Assembly: GCA_043228905.1 (NCBI GenBank)
Contig: JBHGNT010000007.1
Span: 9,858,001 to 9,922,000 of the forward strand
Reading direction: 5' to 3'
Length of the DNA stretch: 64,000 nucleotides
DNA from: Azolla caroliniana
Lineage: Eukaryota > Plantae > Polypodiophyta
Shown one piece after another: positions 56,308 to 64,000 of the stretch (its first letter is position 1; every line of letters begins with the position of its first letter). The translations under genes and the position numbers were made by a program. The notes below the pieces were generated by a model. The model saw only the letters and a list, made by a program, of their open reading frames with translations. It was not told the DNA's origin and searched no databases.

Positions 56308-59300
56308 ATGTCTTCCAAGAGAGTCGAGCGCGAGGAGTCCAGGTAGGCCTCTGACACTGTGGACATTTTTGTAAATATGTTTCGTTTCCCGAAAAACTCG
56401 ATACGGCGTATCGAGTTCATGTATACAATACAAATATTTATACACGAACTCGATACGGCGTATCGAGTTCGTGTGTAAATATTTGTATTGTATACACGAA
56501 CTCGATACGCCGTATCGAGTTCGTGTTTAAAGTATAGGTTTTAAACACGAACTCGATACGGCGTATCGAGTTCGTGTTTAAAACCTACGTTTTAAACACG
56601 AACTCGATACGCCGTATCGAGTTCGTGTTTAAAGTGTAGCCTTTGAGAGAGAAAAATCGTTTACGGGGTGGAAATGTTATCAAATTGTCTGTCAAAATCA
56701 GTCTTTCTATGTTGAGTTTACTTACTTCTAAACAAATACAAGCTCTAATTATAGGTGTTTTTTGACCTACTTTAGCTTAAAATAGTAGAAAATGATCTAC
56801 AAATTGCATTCACTATGGCAAATTCTCATCAATATAGGTTTAGAATCTATATAAGTCATATCTACTATTTAAAAGAATATATAACCCGTTTTACTTATTA
56901 CGATATATATTTTCTAGGTTGAATAGCCATGCCTACAATAGATTTTTGAATATGTTACTGCTCCTAGAAACTGTTCTTCATTATAATAACAACTTCAATC
57001 TACGTAACTGTCTAACTTATGTTTTTGCATATACTTTTTTAAATAGGTCGTTTGAGAATCTGTCAGACCGACCCGTGAAGAAAATTAAGCTTCGCATACA
57101 AGGTTCTCCAATCGAAGCCCAGACCAAGGTAACTCCGGAGTCCATAAAGAGAGGAAAAAAGCTCCTATTTAACGAAGAGACAAAATCTCAGCCCCATAGT
57201 GATGTAAGCCAAAAGAAAATTGTCGCCGCTACTGGAGGCGAAGACCTTCCTGACCGAGATCTAACGGACAAGGAATGGTGTATGCAATATGTCGACTCAA
57301 AGAAAAAAGTCGTATTGTATACAGCAAAGAAGAAGGGTGAGGGGCAGCTAGGAAAAGAAACTCCATTTATGTATGGCCGAATTCTACGATTTGACTACGA
57401 AGATGCAGATTCGGCCAACATACTGGTAATGATAGAGTGCTCCAAGGGGGTACGCAAAGTGTTCCTTTCAGAAGACCTTTTAGTAAAGGAATCTTGTGGG
57501 CCTGAAGTGTTCAAAAAAGCACTTGATAACTCACAAAACCTGATTGTTACCTTGAGGCCTTATATACAAGGCCATGTAACTCTACGAGATGAAGAGACCT
57601 CCCACTTGAAGGCCACTAAAAAGGTATCCAAAGTCCAGTCAAGACCAGCCAAGAAGAAGACAACGAAAATGTCGGATACGGATTCGACAAGTGACAATGA
57701 AGAAGAGGATAATAAGGGGACGCCAGGAGCCGAGCTGGCCTCGGGTGTTTTGTCATCCGAGCAGAATAAAATAAGAAGAGAGTTAATGCAACGGAAGCTG
57801 GTCAGGAAAGGGCAAGTATTTAATTTGCCTATAACACACATCCATCGGCCCCCTATTGATGAAAAAACAGGTCGAAGACCACTTGAGATTAGAGAGCCTC
57901 ATCGCATGCATGTTCAAAATCTCAAGAAAAAAATGAAAATTAATCCTCATGCCACAGTGGTGCCTTTTATTGTTATGGTGGATCCTGAAGAATGTGAAAC
58001 CATTGAAGATTTTGATATCAGAAAGCATGATCAATATAATTATTTTGTCATTGGTGGATCGCATTCAGCAGAGGCACGTCGACAACTTGTCAGAGAACAT
58101 CCAACCACTTTCTTCTTCAAGTATGCCGAGTGCAAAATATATGTTGGGCTCACAACCGAAGAGGCTAAGCTGTTGGCATGGGACCATAATAATGATAATG
58201 ACTATAGGCAGAAAATGTCGTCTATTGAGCGTATCCGGTTCTTCCACCACGAGTATTTAGATGTGAAACAAAAGTTTGGTGTGAAGTTACATCCAGGCCT
58301 TCGACGTCAATGTCTGCATGAAGTCGGCATTGTGGTAGATGATAATGTTAGGTCCGATGGTCTTCGAAAGTATGAATCTTGGTTTCAATTGGCGTTTAGA
58401 GATGGAGAAGTATGGGACCTCCAAGATCAAATCTTCTCAATGTGGGAGAATAAGGAGGTAAAGGGTCAACGACAAAAGAAATGTAGGGTTGACCCTCAAC
58501 TAGAATTAAAGTCACAAGCCGCCAAGAGAATTGACTTGACAATTGAAGAAGCGGCAGACGACATGAAGTTGTCTCTATGGAGAGCGATGCAAGGTATTAA
58601 GGACGAGCAGCTTCTTGTGTCCGTTTTGTCAAGGGTTGTGGCGAAAGATTTAAGCCTTGAAGAAATGGTCACCGAGTTCAATAAGTAAGTCTTTCAAATA
58701 CTGAAATTGTAGTCTATCTGGTGTAATTCAAAGTTCTAATCTTGATTTCTAATTTTACAGTCATAAGGTGTACATGAAGATCCAAGAAGTAATGATGAAA
58801 CAACTTGGATGTATAACTTGGGAACAAGTGACCGAGGATTATCCTCTAACGTCTTCGTATAAGGCGTTATCAGAGTATTTTATTGCATTCAAGGATTGGG
58901 TTAGTATTGATATTTTTTCATTACCCTTTCATCATATGTAGAGGTTGCGTAATAATACCTGATGTCCTATTGCTTCTATTAGAAACCGTGTCGAGGCAAG
59001 AAACAAGGAGAAGTTAAGGATATACACGATTTCCCTACATCCTTCCTTGCACATCTCGAGCGAGCTAGAAAAGAAAAGGATCGTCGCTTAGTCAAGGCGT
59101 ACGAAATGGAGGAAGATGGCTCGTTTAAAAAATTTAGCCACAAGAAAGATATTACGAGAGATCTTTACTACAATGTGGTTTGCGGTGATGTCATCGACTT
59201 GATCCAGAAGGTGCCAAAGAAGGAATATACGCTAATGATTGCGGATATTCCTTATGGATTTCGAATGGCTGGGTCATCATACGACGATGAACCGTTTAGG

Positions 59301-60270
59301 TTTAAACAATTGGAGAAGATGGTCAAGGATTTCGCTGAGCTAACGACCGCATCCTTGTGGCGAATAGTTGTCTTTCATAGTATGGACCAAGGGTACTCGG
59401 TAGCTCAAGCTTTGAGATCTCGTTGCCATGGCATCGAGAACCTTGCATGGTAAGGATTATTTATAGGTGTCTTTCATTATATTGCAATTCTTAAGGTTGT
59501 TGAATCTATTTTTAACTCGATGAATTATTTTTTATAGGATCAAGACCAATGTAAATAGAGGGCCAACTTTTCGGTTCGTTAATGCCATTGAATACATAAC
59601 GGTTGGCTACTTCGATGAAATTAAAAAACAGAGAATCAAAGAGCATTCTAATGAAGTGGGAGGTTCAAATCTGTTGGTATATCCAGCAGTGACTCGGAAA
59701 TTGCGACATGTCACCACGACAGAACGGGGACTTGTCAACCCATACCAAAAACCTCAACGACTTATGATGCGCTTGATCGAGATGTTTTCTGTCGAAGGAG
59801 ACTGGATATTAGATCTCTTTTCTGGCACAGGTATTCCTCGAACTAGGGTAACGATCTTGAGATAACCAATCACTTTTTTCGTTTGACAACTAAATCTTCT
59901 TGTTACTTACATCATAGGAACTACGTCAGCATGTGCATTGAAGTTGTTTAGGAATACAGTTGCATTGGAGAAGGACGAGGACCAAGTTATATTTATTAAT
60001 ATGCGGATTAAGGCTTTGTGGGAGTGCCCAGACCAGGATGAGGAGGTCGGTGCAAAGAACCTCGCCAATACAGAAAGGTTTCAACCCGCTTCGCGAGAGC
60101 CTATTCCTCCGTTAGCCGGCGAACCGGGAGAGCTAATAGAGCTTGATGATGAGCTTATAGAAGATATTTCGTTGGCCCGGCTAACAGGGGAAACCAATGC
60201 ACGTATAGCCGAAGACAGTTCTACACAAGATGATGAAGAAAATGACGTAGATGAATTGATTGCTATGTAA
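56308..60270 (+). CDS. ParB/Srx-like domain fused to a beta-class N6-adenine/N4-cytosine DNA methyltransferase, 6 exons, 974 aa
   Basis: Exons 56308-56342, 57047-58684, 58761-58899, 58983-59449, 59538-59830 and 59918-60270. All introns are GT-AG with matching phases; 2925 nt and no internal stop. MTase motifs appear in beta order: VVCGDVID, LMIADIPY (IV), WIK, NPYQKPQRLMMRLIEMFSVEGDWILDLFSGTGTT (X/I) and LFRNTVALEKD (II). The N-terminal half has the ParB-like EIRE...HVQNLKKKM...PFIVMVD...YFVIGGSHSAEA. Confidence 0.88.
56393..56633. repeat. Array of five palindromes CGAACTCGATACG(G/C)CGTATCGAGTTCG at ~51-bp period
   Basis: Copies start near 56395, 56445, 56497, 56548 and 56599; the first is slightly degenerate at its edges. 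The spacers are pairwise inverted. Confidence 0.95.
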
Positions 60271-60556
60271 TAGACTCTATAAAGAATATGACACTGACGA
60301 TTTGTTAAGATTTCACATTATTAATACAAATTTTGGGTTTTACCTAGTGGATTCTATTCTTTATAATCATCTATATGTTTCAATTTTATTTTTATATACC
60401 TCATTAGTAGATTTATGATATTGGTTTCACCGCGTTGTCGTGACGATTTTCGGCTACGGTGTGAAACCGAGTGAGACGAATAAACCAAGGATGTGCAACA
60501 TTGCACATGCACTTAGCAAATAAACCTAGCCTAGTGGCACTTGAGCTCATACAGAG

Positions 60557-60620
60557 GGGTGCAAGCAAGGATTGAACCTTGCACCTCTAAGATACAAGAT
60601 AATTGCCTTACCACTAGGAC
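60557..60620 (-). promoter_or_regulatory. tRNA-like Pol III A-box/B-box cassette inside an LTR (also at 63433-63496, 30098-30160 and 32903-32968)
   Basis: The minus strand reads GTCCTAGTGGTAAGGC...GCAAGGTTCAATCCTTGC, i.e. an A box, a B box and a T-arm-like hairpin at tRNA spacing. Confidence 0.6.
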
Positions 60621-61124
60621 AACTATCATATAGTGTAAATTTTATGTATTTCCTTTTCATATACAAATTATAGACGAAACAAACATAGAAAACCATGTGC
60701 ACAAAACCATGGTTTTAAACCCATGGTTTGTGCATGACATAAGCAAAACCGTGTGCACAAAACCATGGTTTTAGCCCATAGTTTTGTGCATGTCACGAGC
60801 ATGGAAAGACCTATAAAAGCCTCTAGTTGGGCTTGTGTAAGGGGGGCTCAATATGTGATATCACCAACACCATTATCATCAATATAAATTATATTTGTCT
60901 TTATCTTCTTCATATTTTTCTACTTCTCAAGTGTACAATTTTTCTTCTTCTCAAGTAAACCATTTTCATTTAATCTTACATTGATCGTCATCTAGCGTCG
61001 ATAATTCCGCGATCATCCTCCCCAGTCCAAGACCCCGGTGGTCGCTCGAGTAGCACACACACGCGCGAATCTTCGCGACATCATTTGGTGAACCCGACGT
61101 GAAGAGCAGCAGGGGAGGACGAAG

Positions 61125-63350
61125 ATGGATGTCGAATATCTCATGGAGGCAATGTCAAGAAGGATGATGGAGTTTCTGAGAGAAGGGAAAAGAAGAAATG
61201 AAGCCCAACAAGCCGTCGACAAGGTAGTCGAACGAATGAGTTATTTCAACGGTGCCGAAGTCCAAAGTTTCCTAAAAGTCTACAATGCGGAGATGGATTC
61301 AAGAGGTGTGGACAAAGCTATGAGGCTAGAGTACTTTTGTCGGGTGGTGTCTCAACCGATCTTCAAAGATGTAGAAGAGCTTCTAGAAGCTCATGATTCG
61401 TGGGCGACTTTTGAGAAGGCTCTATTGGAGGAATATGACTATGAGAGACTAAAGGGACAAGATCGACTCAACTTCGACCAATGGGTGACATCAGCGAAGA
61501 CCCACCAAGGCGCGACACAAGCATTCATAGACTTCGAGCATCATTTTTCTCAATTGTCGGAGCGGGAACAAAGATTGGTGGGAGTCGATAAGGTCCTTAT
61601 GTTCGTGAAGTCAATCGATCGAATGGAAAGGATGGCGATCGGCCTCAAACTTGAAGAAGATGATGGTGCAAATGGCCTCATCGAGGATTGGAGCAAAGTG
61701 GAAAGTGTATGCCGACTACACGATAAGGGGCAAGCGAGAATATCGATGACAACAAGACGGCCCATGAGGGACGATCGAAGAGGGACGAGATGCAACAACG
61801 CACCACCAACAAAAGAAATGAAGCTTAGAAGGGAGACAAAACCGAGGCGAATGGTGATCGAGGAAGAAGAGACCTCCCAACAAATGCGGGTTAATGAAGT
61901 GGCCGATACAAAGGCTCTGATTCGGTATGACGGTACCGAGAGAGAAGGTGTGAAACAAGTCACCTTCTTGTCTTACAAAGAAACGACGGTGAAGGAGGAG
62001 GCCGATGACTCGAGGACGGCGAACGCCACTTCGAGGGAGGATAAATGTTTCGGAACACCCATTGTGTACGAAACATCGGGTGATGACGGCGCAAGCATGA
62101 GAAAAGCTTGCATGATCGAGGGAGAAAAAGTGTTTGAGTCTGAAGAGATTGAGGAGGTAGCCATGACAAACGACATCGAGTCGGAGGTGGCTATGGATGA
62201 GTCAACGACGGATAGCCATGACGACACTTTCTTCACGCTTGTTCCAGAGACTTCGGCGGTTGCGCCCATGTGCCAACGTGAGACCGGAGAGACGGAAGGT
62301 GGTGACGGGAAGACAAAGGCCCAACACAAAGAGGAAGAAGATCGAGAAAGAAAGGATATCCCCACACCTATTCTAGAGACTTCGGCGGTTGTGCACGTGC
62401 GCCAACGTGAGACCGGAGAGACAGAATGTGTGGACAAAAAAGAGGACGACCGGAAGGGCGATGAAGAAGACAAGGTAAATGTAAATGAACGAAGGGATTC
62501 CTTCACACTGGTTCCGGAGACTTCAGCAGTCGAGACCGTGTGTCGACATAAGACTGAAGATAAAGGAGGTGGCGAAGAGGAGACAATATGGCTCGAGGCG
62601 AGCATACACGGAGGGAAGGATATGGCCGACGTGGAGGCCAAGGATGAAGCTGCGGTTGAGTTCGATGGAGAGGTTACATACGGGAAGGAAGGAAGAGTCG
62701 AGAACCATTCGAACCGGAAGACGATCCGGCCGAGATTCCGGCCCGAACGAAGGAAGATCCACATGGGAGCCGATCGACTGGGGCCGACCCGGCCGAAACC
62801 TAATTCGGCGAAATTCGATCGGACGATTCCGATCCAAAAGGGGGCCAACCCAGCCAGAATCAATCGGTCGAGCCCGACTCGGGGAAATGTGAATGCAGAC
62901 GAAGGCCAACCAAGCCAAGAAGCGATCGGTGGAGACCGATCCGGACAAGGACAAACCCGGCCTAATCGGAGATCCACACGAACGATCTACAATACCCAGT
63001 TGAAGACGGTGAGCGTGAGGAGTGGCCAGGAGTCCAATCGAAGGACACACGCGGTGGACGAAGGAAGAGCGGTCGTATCGACGACATCGTTCGGTAGATC
63101 TACTACAACCGATCGGGGAAGATGGTGTGAGCGCCGGATATGGTGGATCGGGTGGCTACGGTGGTTCGGTTGGAAAGATTGCGCATACTCGAAGTGGAAG
63201 ACGAAGTCGACGAGCGTGCAGAGGAACTCGGTTGATCACCGTTGCCAAAGATCTCACCTCTTCACCTTTCTCGGCACATACCGGAGGATGTGCGGGTTTG
63301 GTGGGGGTGGATGTCGTGACGATTTTCGGCTACGGTGTGAAACCGAGTGA
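61125..63350 (+). CDS. Gag-like protein with a long acidic/repetitive C-terminal extension, 741 aa
   Basis: N-terminal gag-like FNGAEVQSFLKVY...SWATFEKALLEEY and three internal VPETSAV..C repeats. No protease, RT or integrase motifs. The stop codon lies inside the 3' LTR. Confidence 0.75.
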   Translation: MDVEYLMEAMSRRMMEFLREGKRRNEAQQAVDKVVERMSYFNGAEVQSFLKVYNAEMDSRGVDKAMRLEYFCRVVSQPIFKDVEELLEAHDSWATFEKALLEEYDYERLKGQDRLNFDQWVTSAKTHQGATQAFIDFEHHFSQLSEREQRLVGVDKVLMFVKSIDRMERMAIGLKLEEDDGANGLIEDWSKVESVCRLHDKGQARISMTTRRPMRDDRRGTRCNNAPPTKEMKLRRETKPRRMVIEEEETSQQMRVNEVADTKALIRYDGTEREGVKQVTFLSYKETTVKEEADDSRTANATSREDKCFGTPIVYETSGDDGASMRKACMIEGEKVFESEEIEEVAMTNDIESEVAMDESTTDSHDDTFFTLVPETSAVAPMCQRETGETEGGDGKTKAQHKEEEDRERKDIPTPILETSAVVHVRQRETGETECVDKKEDDRKGDEEDKVNVNERRDSFTLVPETSAVETVCRHKTEDKGGGEEETIWLEASIHGGKDMADVEAKDEAAVEFDGEVTYGKEGRVENHSNRKTIRPRFRPERRKIHMGADRLGPTRPKPNSAKFDRTIPIQKGANPARINRSSPTRGNVNADEGQPSQEAIGGDRSGQGQTRPNRRSTRTIYNTQLKTVSVRSGQESNRRTHAVDEGRAVVSTTSFGRSTTTDRGRWCERRIWWIGWLRWFGWKDCAYSKWKTKSTSVQRNSVDHRCQRSHLFTFLGTYRRMCGFGGGGCRDDFRLRCETE

Positions 63351-64000
63351 GACGAATAAACCAAGGATGTGCAACATTGCACATGCACTTAGCAAATAAA
63401 CCTAGCCTAGTGGCACTTGAGCTCATACAGAGGGGTGCAAGCAAGGATTGAACCTTGCACCTCTAAGATACAAGATAATTGCCTTACCACTAGGACAACT
63501 ATCATATAGTGTAAATTTTATGTATTTCCTTTTCATATACAAATTATAGACGAAACAAACATAGAAAACCATGTGCACAAAACCATGGTTTTAAACCCAT
63601 GGTTTGTGCATGACATAAGCAAAACCGTGTGCACAAAACCATGGTTTTAGCCCATAGTTTTGTGCATGTCACGAGCATGGAAAGACCTATAAAAGCCTCT
63701 AGTTGGGCTTGTGTAAGGGGGGCTCAATATGTGATATCACCAACACCATTATCATCAATATAAATTATATTTGTCTTTATCTTCTTCATATTTTTCTACT
63801 TCTCAAGTGTACAATTTTTCTTCTTCTCAAGTAAACCATTTTCATTTAATCTTACATTGATCGTCATCTAGCGTCGATAATTCCGCGATCATCCTCCCCA
63901 GTCCAAGACCCCGGTGGTCGCTCGAGTAGCACACACACGCGCGAATCTTCGCGACAGCGTGCATAGCTGACTACCAAACTTATGGAGAAACATGAACTAG

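Larger units (their letters stand above)
60436..63956 (+). mobile_element. Complete, very young gag-only non-autonomous LTR retrotransposon
   Basis: 645-bp LTRs at 60436-61080 and 63312-63956 look identical by eye and have TG...CA ends. 4-bp TSD GCGT at 60432-60435 and 63957-63960. PBS TGGTGAACCCGACGTGA at 61086-61102 is complementary to the plant tRNA-Trp 3' end. PPT at ~63295-63311. Confidence 0.97.
52491..64000. mobile_element. Large Sola-like DNA transposon carrying a transposase and a ParB-methyltransferase gene; right end probably outside the window
   Basis: It interrupts a gypsy pol at ~52491, and that pol does not resume in the window. It contains two divergent intact genes. TIR and TSD cannot be verified here. 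Confidence 0.55.

Noticed and set aside
56393-56633. CRISPR-like appearance of the palindromic repeats with spacers
   Set aside because: The spacers are short and inverted copies of each other rather than unique. There are no cas genes, and the context is a eukaryotic intron.
56919-57046. N-terminal 43 codons of ORF 56919..58688
   Set aside because: AT-rich intron sequence ending in a polypyrimidine tract and AG at 57046. The upstream exon 56308-56342 joins in the correct phase.
56308-60270. Bacterial contamination as the source of the methyltransferase
   Set aside because: It has five spliceosomal introns, a TATA/CCAAT promoter, and is nested with plant LTR elements.
60557-60620. Genuine tRNA genes in LTRs
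   Set aside because: No convincing acceptor or anticodon stems. Only the A/B boxes and a T-arm-like hairpin are present.

Overview
Repeat-rich eukaryotic DNA from a land plant. It is probably a non-seed plant such as a fern, judged only from gene and TE style. Two host genes are present: an intronless GPR107/108-type 7TM gene (21086-22441, -) and a 13-exon clade-III-type GSK3/SHAGGY kinase (36501-42136, +). They sit among nested, mostly decayed Ty1/copia and Ty3/gypsy LTR retrotransposons, a hAT MITE and two Sola-like DDD DNA transposons. The standout locus is ~52490-60430. There an intact 926-aa Sola-like transposase lies head-to-head with a six-exon gene that I splice into a 974-aa ORF. That protein joins a ParB/Srx-like domain to a bacterial-type beta-class N6-adenine/N4-cytosine DNA methyltransferase, and its first intron holds five CpG-rich palindromes of ~27 bp. 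The second Sola-like element (1-~7940) carries RING and FCP1-like cargo plus two satellites. Several gypsy LTR families carry an antisense tRNA-like Pol III A/B-box cassette, and one LTR clan shows 4-bp GCGY target duplications. All family calls rest on motif recognition, not database searches.
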